From an uncultured Streptococcus sp. (GTDB taxonomy: Bacteria; Bacillota; Bacilli; Lactobacillales; Streptococcaceae), in the NCBI RefSeq assembly GCF_934229725.1, contig NZ_CAKQDX010000010.1: a stretch of DNA of 64,000 bases. One strand, given 5' to 3'. This document shows positions 52,824 to 61,899 of the stretch, in pieces. How positions within the stretch are numbered: position 1 is the first letter of the stretch; each line of letters begins with the position of its first letter. The translations under genes were made by a program, and so were the position numbers. The notes under the pieces were generated by a model, which saw only the letters and a program-made list of their open reading frames with translations, was not told where the DNA came from and did no database searches.

Positions 52824-52913
52824 GACTTTTGTCAAAAGATTTCACCATGTGATAAAATCTTTTGACTTTTACCGATTCGGTCAAAACTGTCCTTTTTGAC
52901 CGAATAGATTCTA
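52824..52913. promoter_or_regulatory. Two adjacent long inverted repeats built on a TTTTGAC motif, upstream of the 53019 membrane-protein gene
   Basis: GTCAAAAGATT-(14 nt)-AATCTTTTGAC, then ATTCGGTCAAAA-ctgtcct-TTTTGACCGAAT (perfect 12-bp arms). Confidence 0.5.
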
Positions 52914-53018
52914 GAATGAACCACATAGACAAAGAATATTGTCCACAAGCTAGCCTTTTGATAATTTAGTAGGTGTTAAAGCAAAATATCTTTCAGATAT
53001 AGAAAACGAGGTAGAAAC

Positions 53019-53339
53019 ATGACTAAAGTAATAGGTATTGGATTAATAGGTACAGCAGTAACAGTTATCACTTACAGTATTCTCGGCTTCCCAAAATTGG
53101 AGGTGTCCCTTTGGCCACTCTTTCCAGTCGCTCTTTTTGCTTTCTTTGCAATAGAAAATCTTATCAAAAAAGATTATAAATCTAGCCTCATGAGTACTTT
53201 GATTGGTTTAATGATTGCTAATGCTATCTATGACGTGCTCCCTATATCAAATAACATCTTGATTGTTGCAAGAATTTTAACATGCCTTGGTCTAGGCTTT
53301 CTTTTTCCAAATCACGGTACAGATAAAGAGAGACATTAA
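53019..53339 (+). CDS. Small membrane protein (3-4 TM), hypothetical
   Basis: 106 aa, hydrophobic throughout. RBS ACGAGGTAG. Followed by a strong terminator. Confidence 0.55.
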   Translation: MTKVIGIGLIGTAVTVITYSILGFPKLEVSLWPLFPVALFAFFAIENLIKKDYKSSLMSTLIGLMIANAIYDVLPISNNILIVARILTCLGLGFLFPNHGTDKERH

Positions 53340-53388
53340 AAAAACGAGAAATCCGTTTATGTAAGAACAGATTTCTCGTTTTTTTCCA
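53336..53388. terminator. Bidirectional rho-independent terminator
   Basis: AAACGAGAAATC-(loop)-GATTTCTCGTTT 12-bp stem, flanked by an A-run and a T-run. Confidence 0.85.
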
Positions 53389-53426
53389 CTTATAGTCTTA
53401 CTATTAACTTAACTATTAGCATTTCT

Positions 53427-55583
53427 CTATTTTGAACGTCTGTGACGACCTTTGTAAGCTAAACTTGTCAAACCAAGGCCTACAAAAATCATACCTAAGA
53501 TACCAACCTTAGCGTTTGTATCTCCTGTATTTGGTAAGTTATGACCTACCAATTTCCCACCAGTAGCTGGAGTCATACCCTCATCATGAGATTGTGTAGA
53601 CGAAATCATAGCTGAGTCCATAGAATGATCAGCTTTTGAAGCAAGTGGACTAGATACAAATGCCCATCTTTGAGCCGATGACATTTCCTTATAAGATTTT
53701 TGACTTAGTTTATCAAGCGTTACGGATGAAGCTGGATTGACTGAAGTTGATGGAATAACAGCTGGTTTTGTCACTTCACTTGTTGCTGGTGTCGTGCTAA
53801 CTGCAGGTGTTTCGCTAGTAGCTGGAGTTGTGCTAACCGCAGGTGCTTCACTTGTAGCAGGCGTTGTGCTAACCGCAGGCGCTTCACTTGTAGCAGGCGT
53901 TGTGCTAACCGCAGGTGCTTCACTTGTAGCAGGCGTTGTGCTAACCGCAGGTGCTTCACTTGTAGCAGGCGTTGTGCTAACTGCAGGCGCTTCACTTGTG
54001 GCAGGCGTTGTGCTGACTGCAGGTGCTTCACTTGTAGTAGGCGTTGTGCTGACTGCAGGTGCTTCACTTGTAGCTGGTGTTGTGCTTACTGCAGGTGCTT
54101 CACTTGTAGCAGGCGTTGTGCTGACTGCAGGTGCTTCACTTGTAGCAGGCGTTGTGCTGACCGCTGGCGCTTCGCTCGTTGCTGGTGTTGTGCTTACTGC
54201 AGGTGCTTCACTTGTCGCCGGTGTTGTGCTGGTTTCAGGTGTAGATGTTGTATCGGTAACTTTAGGGGTACCATCTCCGTTATGAGTATGATAGTCATAC
54301 TGCCAAAATTCATAAAGCGTTTTACCAGCTTTTACTCTGTCATAGGTAACTTCGTAAAAGGATGGTGTACCGATAATGGTTGGAAAGGATGCGGCACCTT
54401 TACCGCCAAATTTTAAATATTCCGTCTCACCAGGCTCTATCGTATATTCTACAGAACGTGAATCCTCACCAGTCAAATGATAAATAACAGTATAGGTTAA
54501 CGGACCTTCAGACTGAGATGAAGGTTTTGCAGATGGAGTTAAACTATCTTTAAATGCTGTCTCACTATTGTTCTTTTTATAAAGGAACATGGCCATTGGT
54601 GTTCCAGTATTATCAGTAACAAAATATGAGGAAGATAACTTCAACGTATTATCAGGTATATCAGAACCAGTTTCGTATTTATTAGCGCTATCTAAAGTAT
54701 AGCCTGGTATAGTTTTAGCGCTTACTGTTACCTCCTTATCCAAAGGTACAACAACAGTGTCATAAGGTGCGATATCAATTACTGCCGGAACACCGTATTT
54801 ACTATTTTTCTCAAAAACACCATAACGAACATGATAAGAAATAGAATCTCCATGATGCCATGAAGGTCTATTTATTGGGTTAACGATAATGTTCCCTTCT
54901 ACAGAAGGTTTATTTTTATAGTAGGTATATGTTATAGGATTGTCATCAAAATTAGGATGGTTTAAAAGTGGACTATCATAAGGGATGACATCTCCAGCTT
55001 TAAAACTCTTTCCATCATCTGACGTAATTGTATAGTAAGAATACCTATAATCATCTCTCTCAGGAAGAACGAAACGCCCATCTTCATTAGGGCCAAAGAA
55101 GCCATCTCCCGATTGTATGTCACCACTGTCTGTATGCTCTACATAACGGAAATAAAATGACTTATCTTCTTCAGTCTCATCCTTGTCTCTTGAATTCTCA
55201 CTTGACGTTGTACTTGTCGGCGAAACTATACCAGTTGGAGTTACTCCAAGACCTTCATGTTCTGAATATAAAGCACTTGTTTCTGGTGCTTCGCTATTTT
55301 CTGAAGTCGAGACTACTGCTGGTGCCTCACTCGTCGCTGGTGTTGTGCTGACTACTGGTGCTTCACTTGTCTCAGGACTCGTGCTCATAGCTGGAGTTGT
55401 ACTAACGTTTTCGCTAGTAGCAGGCGTTGTGCTTGGAGCTTCACTCGTTGTTGGCACTGTACTAGCAATTTCATCAGCATACACTTTTGTAGATGATTGA
55501 CAGAATTGGGACTGTGCTACAGTCGCAACTGTAACAGCTGCAACCAAAACAATACCATATTTAGACAACTTATTAATAGACAA
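53427..55583 (-). CDS. LPXTG-anchored cell-wall surface protein with ~12 tandem 12-aa repeats (TSEAPAVSTTPA)
   Basis: TTG start at 55583 with RBS GGAGGA. Signal peptide. N-terminal unique ~300-aa domain. Repeat block. C-terminal LPNTG plus hydrophobic stretch plus RHRRSK. Confidence 0.85.
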   Translation of the reverse strand: MSINKLSKYGIVLVAAVTVATVAQSQFCQSSTKVYADEIASTVPTTSEAPSTTPATSENVSTTPAMSTSPETSEAPVVSTTPATSEAPAVVSTSENSEAPETSALYSEHEGLGVTPTGIVSPTSTTSSENSRDKDETEEDKSFYFRYVEHTDSGDIQSGDGFFGPNEDGRFVLPERDDYRYSYYTITSDDGKSFKAGDVIPYDSPLLNHPNFDDNPITYTYYKNKPSVEGNIIVNPINRPSWHHGDSISYHVRYGVFEKNSKYGVPAVIDIAPYDTVVVPLDKEVTVSAKTIPGYTLDSANKYETGSDIPDNTLKLSSSYFVTDNTGTPMAMFLYKKNNSETAFKDSLTPSAKPSSQSEGPLTYTVIYHLTGEDSRSVEYTIEPGETEYLKFGGKGAASFPTIIGTPSFYEVTYDRVKAGKTLYEFWQYDYHTHNGDGTPKVTDTTSTPETSTTPATSEAPAVSTTPATSEAPAVSTTPATSEAPAVSTTPATSEAPAVSTTPATSEAPAVSTTPTTSEAPAVSTTPATSEAPAVSTTPATSEAPAVSTTPATSEAPAVSTTPATSEAPAVSTTPATSEAPAVSTTPATSETPAVSTTPATSEVTKPAVIPSTSVNPASSVTLDKLSQKSYKEMSSAQRWAFVSSPLASKADHSMDSAMISSTQSHDEGMTPATGGKLVGHNLPNTGDTNAKVGILGMIFVGLGLTSLAYKGRHRRSK
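53779..54245. repeat. Tandem 36-bp repeats (about 12-13 near-identical copies) within the LPXTG protein gene
   Basis: Unit GCAGGTGCTTCACTTGTAGCAGGCGTTGTGCTAACC repeated head-to-tail, with silent and near-silent variants. In-frame, encoding TSEAPAVSTTPA. Confidence 0.9.
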
Positions 55584-55643
55584 AATAAATCCTCCATCGG
55601 AACATTCTCATAAAATTTTTAGAAAAATGAATTTTTCACTGAA

Positions 55644-55698
55644 ATTATACCCCCCCCCCAAAAAAAGTCAATATTTTTTCTAAAAAATTGACTTTTTT
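55644..55698 (-). promoter_or_regulatory. Terminator hairpin of the antiporter gene fused to the promoter of the LPXTG gene; G10 homopolymer in the -35/-10 spacer
   Basis: Minus strand: AAAAAAGTCAAT-(14 nt)-ATTGACTTTTTT perfect 12-bp hairpin. Then TTGACT(55671..55666)-T6G10(55665..55650)-TATAAT(55649..55644). Spacer is 16 nt. Confidence 0.65.
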
Positions 55699-55736
55699 GT
55701 TCATTTAACTACAAGCTGTATACTCTAAACGCCTAC

Positions 55737-57803
55737 TTAAACTCGCCCTCGGGCTAGATTAATCATATCATAGGTCAAGGTATTGCTGGTCTCTTTGAGA
55801 GAGTAATCCTCTAAAGTATTGACCTCCTTACGAAGCTGTTTGGCGTAGCGGCTAGAGATAAGTTCAGCCTGCTCATACTCATTGATAACCTTACGTTCCA
55901 AATAGTAGCCTCGCAACATCTCGTCGATATTGTCAGGACTAAGGTGGGTGATAACCCGTTCAACAAAGGCACCTGACTGGATAATCTCAGCTTCTTGTAA
56001 ACGGCCACGCTTTAGATAAGACAAGAGTTCAGAGTGATAGACACCTTCCAGATTGCTCAGCGCTTCCAGTACTTGCTCAGTGTTTGTCAAATAAAGCTCC
56101 GCCATGTGATCACGATTTTCCTCTGTTAAACGAGGAGCTCGTAACGTCTCCTCCTTGCCAAGATGAAATTTAAAGGTAAAGGCAAGGTGTAGGAGCCTAC
56201 GTAGGCCTCGTACAAAGACAACGAAGGCATAGGAGAGGCTGGAGACGAAACCACGGTTAATACGACGCTCCAAGCCCTTGATATAACGCTGATAGAGGTT
56301 GTATTCGAGTTCTGAAAGTTGCCCCTTCTTGTAGGCATACTCTAACCCTTCACTCTCAATTTCCATAATCATGACACGGATATTGGCCAACTCTTCTTTG
56401 ACATCATTGGACTCTTGTTCCAAGATGAGGTTTTCCAGACGTTGATTATAATTGTCAATGGTAGCGTAAACAGCACCCTGATGCTTAGACTGCTTCAGGT
56501 CCTTCCCAAGCTCTCCAACGACATCATTCAAAATAGCAATCTGCATATAATGGTTGGTTGTGTGGGCTGACCCCGTCGCCAATTTTGGTAGGACTAAAAT
56601 GCCTGTTAAAAAGCTTAAGAGGGTGACACCTGCCACTGTAAAGAGGAGAAGGCTATGTTCTAAAGTCGTCATATTGGCAAGAGGAAGCAAGAGAATCGTC
56701 GCAATGGACACTGTTCCTTTAACCCCAGAAAAGGTCAGAAGAGTGGCACTCTTCCAAATTCTTTTTAGGGGTCTTTTGTTTTTCCAAGCTCTTTGGGCAA
56801 ATACCGCACTAATCATGACAAATCGAATGGCAAACATGGTCGCTGTCAAAAGCACGATTGCTAGCAGCAACCAGAGATTATCGTAGGTGCTACTTTGCAG
56901 AACGGGCATGGCCAATGTTGGTAATTCCGTCCCCAAAAAGAAGAAGACCATACCATTTAGCATGAAGGTAATGGTTCCCCAAATGGTATGCGAAATACTA
57001 TCCAATTTGGCATCAAAAACCGTAATTTTTTTGAAACGGCTGGCTAGAGAAATACCAGCCACTACTACGGCAATAATGCCCGAAACATGAATCTCCTCCG
57101 CAACAAAGTAAGAGGCAATAGGGAGCACAAGTTCTAGTAGGAGGGCCCCTGTGACATCTGCAGCATCCATATTATCCAGGATTGTCAAGAAAAGCCGATT
57201 AAGGAGGGCCGTGATTAGGCCAACCAGAAAGCCACCCATAACGGAAAGGAACAAATTCCAACTAGCATCAAGGAGCGAAAAGGCTCCCGTCGTCAAGGCA
57301 GTCACCGCTACTTGAAAAGCGACCAGACCTGAAGCATCATTCAAAAGCCCCTCACCCTGCAAAATATAACCAATCCACTTTGGAAAACTGAAGCGTTTGG
57401 CAATAGCTGAATAGGCCACAAAATCAGTCGGTCCAAGGGATGCTCCGATAGCTAGACAGGCAGAGAGAGGCACCGATACAGGCAAGATGGACTTAGCCAG
57501 ATAACCAATTCCCAATGTCGATACGAAGATGACTGGAAAAATCAGAAATAGAATCAGTTTCCAGTTACGTAGTATGCTGGTAATGTCACTCTCTTCCCCC
57601 TCTCGGAAAAGCAAGGGAGCGATGATAAAAGCTAGAAAGAGTTCTGTTTCAAGCTCAAAAACACGACCTTTGAAAAGTAAACCAATGCCCACTCCAAAAA
57701 TAATTTGAATTAAGGGCAGAGAAAGCCGTGGAAAGATACGGTTGATAACGTTCGATAAGATCAAGCTAAAAAGAAGAACCAGTAAAGCCGATGATAGATG
57801 CAT
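55737..57803 (-). CDS. Na+/H+ antiporter (CPA1/NhaP-type) with C-terminal cytoplasmic regulatory domain
   Basis: 688 aa. About 12 TM helices in the N-terminal 400 aa. Long soluble C-terminal domain. Confidence 0.8.
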   Translation of the reverse strand: MHLSSALLVLLFSLILSNVINRIFPRLSLPLIQIIFGVGIGLLFKGRVFELETELFLAFIIAPLLFREGEESDITSILRNWKLILFLIFPVIFVSTLGIGYLAKSILPVSVPLSACLAIGASLGPTDFVAYSAIAKRFSFPKWIGYILQGEGLLNDASGLVAFQVAVTALTTGAFSLLDASWNLFLSVMGGFLVGLITALLNRLFLTILDNMDAADVTGALLLELVLPIASYFVAEEIHVSGIIAVVVAGISLASRFKKITVFDAKLDSISHTIWGTITFMLNGMVFFFLGTELPTLAMPVLQSSTYDNLWLLLAIVLLTATMFAIRFVMISAVFAQRAWKNKRPLKRIWKSATLLTFSGVKGTVSIATILLLPLANMTTLEHSLLLFTVAGVTLLSFLTGILVLPKLATGSAHTTNHYMQIAILNDVVGELGKDLKQSKHQGAVYATIDNYNQRLENLILEQESNDVKEELANIRVMIMEIESEGLEYAYKKGQLSELEYNLYQRYIKGLERRINRGFVSSLSYAFVVFVRGLRRLLHLAFTFKFHLGKEETLRAPRLTEENRDHMAELYLTNTEQVLEALSNLEGVYHSELLSYLKRGRLQEAEIIQSGAFVERVITHLSPDNIDEMLRGYYLERKVINEYEQAELISSRYAKQLRKEVNTLEDYSLKETSNTLTYDMINLARGRV

Positions 57804-57811
57804 AGCTCCTC

Positions 57812-58054
57812 CTAACCTTCTTTATGGCAACAGTTTGAGAATAATTCTTTTTGCTTACTAATCTTTTTATCAATAGCCGTCACATCTTCCTTGGCCAAAA
57901 GTTTATGGCAACGTTCGACCTCAAGACTAGCTAACTTTTTCTTAATTTTAGCCGTTTTACGGTTTTCGACTTTTTTCAAGGTATCCTCGGCACTTTGCTT
58001 ATCGATATATTTGGCCTGCATCTCCGCCAATTTTTCTTTAATGTCTGTAATCAT
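57812..58054 (-). CDS. Small lysine-rich protein, hypothetical
   Basis: 80 aa. ...EVERCHKLLAKEDVTAIDKKISKQKELFSNCCHKEG. Overlaps the methyltransferase stop by 4 nt. Confidence 0.45.
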   Translation of the reverse strand: MITDIKEKLAEMQAKYIDKQSAEDTLKKVENRKTAKIKKKLASLEVERCHKLLAKEDVTAIDKKISKQKELFSNCCHKEG

Positions 58055-58599
58055 TGTAATTTCTCCAGCATCACCAAAAATGGTGGGGTGTTAATTTGAT
58101 TGAGGGGTTGGTAAAGCATGGCTGTGAAAACACGTTGGTCCAAACCAATGACATACTCAAGAACAGCATCTTTCTCCATATCGCCACCATCATGACCGTA
58201 GTAAATCATAATCGCCAAGCGACCACCCACCTCTAAGCGGTCAAGAATTTTCTCAATAGCCTCAAGAGTCGTGTGGGGCTTGGTGATGACACTTTTGTCT
58301 GCAGATGGCAGATAACCCAGATTGAAAATAGCTGCTCGAATAGGTTCCGTGACATAACGGTCCAGATTTTCATGCCCATCTAAAATGAGTTCTGCATTAT
58401 CAATTCCCAAATCTGACAAGCGTTGACTGGTCTTTTCAAGCGCCTGCTCTTGCACATCAAAAGCATAGACCTTCTTGGCGAGGCCGGCCAGAAAGGCGGT
58501 GTCATTACCATTTCCCATAGTCGCATCAACAGCGATACTCCCATCATCCAACACTTGAGCTAGAAAATCATGGGACATCTGAATCGGACGTTTCATCAT
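58051..58599 (-). CDS. mnmM: tRNA (mnm5s2U34)-methyltransferase MnmM (YtqB-like class I SAM methyltransferase)
   Basis: 182 aa. Motif VDATMGNGNDTAFLA. Conserved pairing with the YtqA radical-SAM gene (overlap 4 nt). Confidence 0.75.
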   Translation of the reverse strand: MMKRPIQMSHDFLAQVLDDGSIAVDATMGNGNDTAFLAGLAKKVYAFDVQEQALEKTSQRLSDLGIDNAELILDGHENLDRYVTEPIRAAIFNLGYLPSADKSVITKPHTTLEAIEKILDRLEVGGRLAIMIYYGHDGGDMEKDAVLEYVIGLDQRVFTAMLYQPLNQINTPPFLVMLEKLQ

Positions 58600-59540
58600 G
58601 CTTCTTCCTCCTTTTCCTTAGCTACTTTACAACCTTGCCATGAGTCACGGCGTTCCATCTCCTTGTCAATGGCATTAAGAACTTCCCACTTGTTGAGACT
58701 CCACATAGGACCAATTAGCATGTCTCGGGGCGCATCACCAGTGATGCGGTGAATGACGATATCCTTAGGAATGATTTCCAACTGGTCACAAATGATGGAC
58801 ACATACTCTTCCTGACTCAGCAATTTCAGACGCCCCTCGTGGTAGTCTCTTTGCATACGGGTATTGGTCATCAGGTGGAGGAGGTGGAGTTTAATTCCCT
58901 GAATGTCATTATCCGTCACACAACGGCGAACATTTTCCACCATCATCTCGTGAGTTTCTCCTGGCAGCCCATTAATCAAATGCGATACAATCTCAGCCTT
59001 GGGCGCACGCTCACGCACACGCTTAACCGTCTCTACATAGAGATCATAGCTGTGTGCTCGGTTAATGAGCTCTGACGTTTCTTCATAAGTGGTCTGCAGT
59101 CCAAGTTCAACGGTCACGTGCATACGTTCTGTGAGTTCTGCTAAATAATCAATCACATCGTCTGGCAAACAGTCTGGGCGAGTACCGATATTGATCCCAA
59201 CAACACCAGGCTCATTGATAGCCTGTTCGTAGCGTTCCTTGATAACCTCAAGTGGCGCGTGGGTATTGGTAAAGTTTTGAAAATAAACCAGATATTTCTG
59301 AACTTCTGGCCACTTGCGGTGCATGAAGTCAATCTCATGGTAAAACTGCTCACGAATCGGTGCCTCAGGAGCTACAATAGCGTCCCCAGACCCCGAAACC
59401 GTACAAAAGGTACAGCCGCCGTGAGCCACTGTGCCATCACGGTTGGGACAATCAAAGCCCCCATCTATTGGTAGTTTGAAAATCTTTTCGCCAAAAAGCT
59501 CACGATAGTAATCATTAACTGTTCTATAACGTTTTTTCAT
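58596..59540 (-). CDS. TIGR01212-family radical SAM protein (YtqA-like)
   Basis: Radical-SAM cluster motif CPNRDGTVAHGGCTFC. Start taken at the ATG 59540 (MKKRYRTV...). The track start at 59597 is TTG. Confidence 0.8.
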   Translation of the reverse strand: MKKRYRTVNDYYRELFGEKIFKLPIDGGFDCPNRDGTVAHGGCTFCTVSGSGDAIVAPEAPIREQFYHEIDFMHRKWPEVQKYLVYFQNFTNTHAPLEVIKERYEQAINEPGVVGINIGTRPDCLPDDVIDYLAELTERMHVTVELGLQTTYEETSELINRAHSYDLYVETVKRVRERAPKAEIVSHLINGLPGETHEMMVENVRRCVTDNDIQGIKLHLLHLMTNTRMQRDYHEGRLKLLSQEEYVSIICDQLEIIPKDIVIHRITGDAPRDMLIGPMWSLNKWEVLNAIDKEMERRDSWQGCKVAKEKEEEA

Positions 59541-59625
59541 AAGGACTATTATAACACTTTGACCTAAAAAAGAGGGTAAGACAGAGACAAAAATCAAGGA
59601 TTTCTGCCTGTCCTACTCCCTCTTC

Positions 59626-60663
59626 TTATTTCGTCTTTTTCAAATAATCAATGGCTTCTTGAGCTGTTTTTACAGGAACGATTTTCATCTTGGTTCCCAG
59701 TTTCTTGGCAGCTTCCTTAGCCTCTTGATAGTTAGTCTTGGCATCTGGATCAGCCTTTTTCATTTCCTTAGTTACTGGATTATTTGGCACGAAGAAAATA
59801 TCTGCACCACTATCAGCCGCTGATTTCACCTTGAGGTAGGCACCACCAATATCACCAACAGAACCATCCTTTTCAATGGTACCCGTTCCAGCAATCTTAC
59901 GACCAGCCTTGAGGTCTTGACCGGACACCTGATCGTAAATAGCTAGGGTAAACATAAGCCCCGCACTTGGTCCACCGACACCATCCAGTTTAAACTTAAC
60001 GTTTTCAGAACTCTTGACCTCAGTATGGTCCGTCAAGCCGATACCAATACCATTCTTACCATTGGCAATCTTGATAATCTTACCAGTGGCCGACTTTGAT
60101 TTGTCATTTGTTGTGTAAGTGACCTTAACCTTTGAACCCAGCTTAAGTCCCTGAACGTATTTAATCAAATCAGCCGAATTATTAAAGGTCTTGTCATTGA
60201 CAGCCGTCACCGTATCCGCAATATTGAGAACGCCCTTGAAGCTGGAATCATCATTGACCTGAAGCACATAGACACCCATATAGTCCAAGCTCGCCTTTTT
60301 ACCAGCCAGCGTCAAGCCTTGATAAATGGCTTGGTTTTGGGAAGTCTCCATGTAAAATTGGTTGATACGCATGTAATCTTCATCAGAGTAATTACCCGTT
60401 GCCTCTTCAGCCGTTTGGAGCTTAGCGAAATCATTGAGCTGAGCATAGAGCATGAGGGCCAAGGTCGCCTTGGTCTGGGCCACCGCCACAAAATTGTAGG
60501 AGCCTTTTGAATCATCGGCTTTCTTATCCACAGTCAAGACTTCCTTGGTATCAAAAGCACCACCCGGAAGCTCAACATAATAATTATTAAGCGGGAAAAA
60601 GAGGGCAAAAAGGAGGAACAGTACCGTAAAAATACCTAAGAGCCACCACTTAATCCGCCACAT
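59626..60663 (-). CDS. sepM: SepM-family pheromone-processing membrane protease (PDZ + Lon-like catalytic domain; YlbL-like)
   Basis: N-terminal TM WWLLGIFTVLFLLFALFF. PDZ region. C-terminal Lon-protease-like domain with DGVGGPSAGLMFTLAIYD (catalytic Ser). Start at the internal ATG 60663, because the longer ORF would overlap coaD by 82 nt. Confidence 0.75.
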   Translation of the reverse strand: MWRIKWWLLGIFTVLFLLFALFFPLNNYYVELPGGAFDTKEVLTVDKKADDSKGSYNFVAVAQTKATLALMLYAQLNDFAKLQTAEEATGNYSDEDYMRINQFYMETSQNQAIYQGLTLAGKKASLDYMGVYVLQVNDDSSFKGVLNIADTVTAVNDKTFNNSADLIKYVQGLKLGSKVKVTYTTNDKSKSATGKIIKIANGKNGIGIGLTDHTEVKSSENVKFKLDGVGGPSAGLMFTLAIYDQVSGQDLKAGRKIAGTGTIEKDGSVGDIGGAYLKVKSAADSGADIFFVPNNPVTKEMKKADPDAKTNYQEAKEAAKKLGTKMKIVPVKTAQEAIDYLKKTK

Positions 60664-60679
60664 TTTCCCTAATAGCGAT

Positions 60680-61177
60680 TTAGATTTTGTCTTGTTTGCC
60701 ACGCTTGGCCTCCACTTCCTTAACAACTGCTTGCGGAACATAAGAGCTAATGTCCCCCTCAAAATAAATCAACTCACGCACACGACTCGAAGAAACTGGT
60801 GTTACCTCATGACTAGCAATCAAATAAACCGTTTCAAGCTCAGGCGCCAGACCCTTATTGAAATAGTCCATATTGGCTTCGTAGTCAAAATCTGTCGCAT
60901 TGCGAAGGCCTCGAACCAAATAAGTCACGCCAAGGTCTCTGGCAACATCTACAGCCAGACTATCGTGAGCCGTTATGACCTTGACATTGGGAAAATCTGC
61001 CACAACCTCATCCAAGATACGCTTGCGAGTCGCAACATCCCAGAAGCCCTGCTTGTTTTTATTATAAAAGAGACCTATATAAAGCTCATCGAAGAGCTTG
61101 CTGGCTCTGGCAATGATATCCATATGCCCATTGGTAATCGGATCAAAAGACCCCGTAAACATAGCAATCTTGGTCAT
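60680..61177 (-). CDS. coaD: Pantetheine-phosphate adenylyltransferase
   Basis: MTKIAMFTGSFDPITNGHMDIIARA (T/HxGH motif), 165 aa. Confidence 0.95.
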   Translation of the reverse strand: MTKIAMFTGSFDPITNGHMDIIARASKLFDELYIGLFYNKNKQGFWDVATRKRILDEVVADFPNVKVITAHDSLAVDVARDLGVTYLVRGLRNATDFDYEANMDYFNKGLAPELETVYLIASHEVTPVSSSRVRELIYFEGDISSYVPQAVVKEVEAKRGKQDKI

Positions 61178-61210
61178 CGCATTTCCTTTCTACAACTTTC
61201 CTATCAGAGG

Positions 61211-61750
61211 CTAGCGCACGTAAACCGTCACCTTACTGATACCATAGGTTTTCTGCTTCCAAATCCCAAAGTTTGAAATTTCTTCAGGCAGGTCCACAGC
61301 CTTATCCGTCTCGCAAACCAACATAACTTCTTCAGCCAAGAGCCCTTGCTCCTCTAACTGAGTAATATTGGCCACAATCTGCTCTTTGGCATAAGGCGGA
61401 TCTAAAAGCACCAAGTCAAACTGACCTGTCAATTGGGTCAGTGCACGCGCCGCATCCATCTTCAAAAGCTGGAACTGCTTCTCACTCTTGGTCATCTTGA
61501 TATTTTGCTGAATAATGGCTTGTGCCCGACGATCTTTTTCCACGAGGACAGCTGACGACATGCCACGACTGATAGCCTCAATAGCCAGACTGCCGCTCCC
61601 AGAAAAGAGATCCAAAACACGTCCCCCATCAAAGAAAGGACCAATCATATTGAAAATGGCACCCTTGACCTTGTCCGTTGTTGGACGAGTCGTTTTGCCT
61701 TCTAACGTTTTAAGCGGACGCCCGCCAAAATCACCTGCTACAACACGCAA
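61211..61750 (-). CDS. rsmD: 16S rRNA (guanine966-N2)-methyltransferase RsmD
   Basis: ...LRVVAGDFGGRPLKT...RVLDLFSGSGSLAIEAISRG...LVLLDPPYA (DPPY motif). Probable TTG start at 61750 with RBS GAGGTG. The track ORF extends to 61828 without a start or RBS. Confidence 0.8.
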   Translation of the reverse strand: MRVVAGDFGGRPLKTLEGKTTRPTTDKVKGAIFNMIGPFFDGGRVLDLFSGSGSLAIEAISRGMSSAVLVEKDRRAQAIIQQNIKMTKSEKQFQLLKMDAARALTQLTGQFDLVLLDPPYAKEQIVANITQLEEQGLLAEEVMLVCETDKAVDLPEEISNFGIWKQKTYGISKVTVYVR

Positions 61751-61899
61751 GCTGGTCACCTCGTTTTTACTGATTTTTAGTAAGACTGTTCTATTATACC
61801 AAAAAACCACACATAGATGTTGCTCCAAAGGGGACTAGACAAGTTAAATCCCCCAAGAGAACACAAAAAACTCGAGAACATCCCGAGTTTCCATTCATT

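Noticed and set aside
53779-54245. Possible CRISPR array (regularly spaced 36-bp repeats)
   Set aside because: The repeats are contiguous with no unique spacers. They lie in frame inside a protein-coding gene. No cas genes are present.
53737-54285. 182-aa plus-strand ORF (and a 98-aa minus-frame ORF at 53771-54067) inside the 36-bp repeat block
   Set aside because: These are antisense or alternate-frame artefacts. The tandem repeat keeps every frame open. The minus-strand LPXTG reading frame has a signal peptide, a sorting signal and an RBS, and the others have none.
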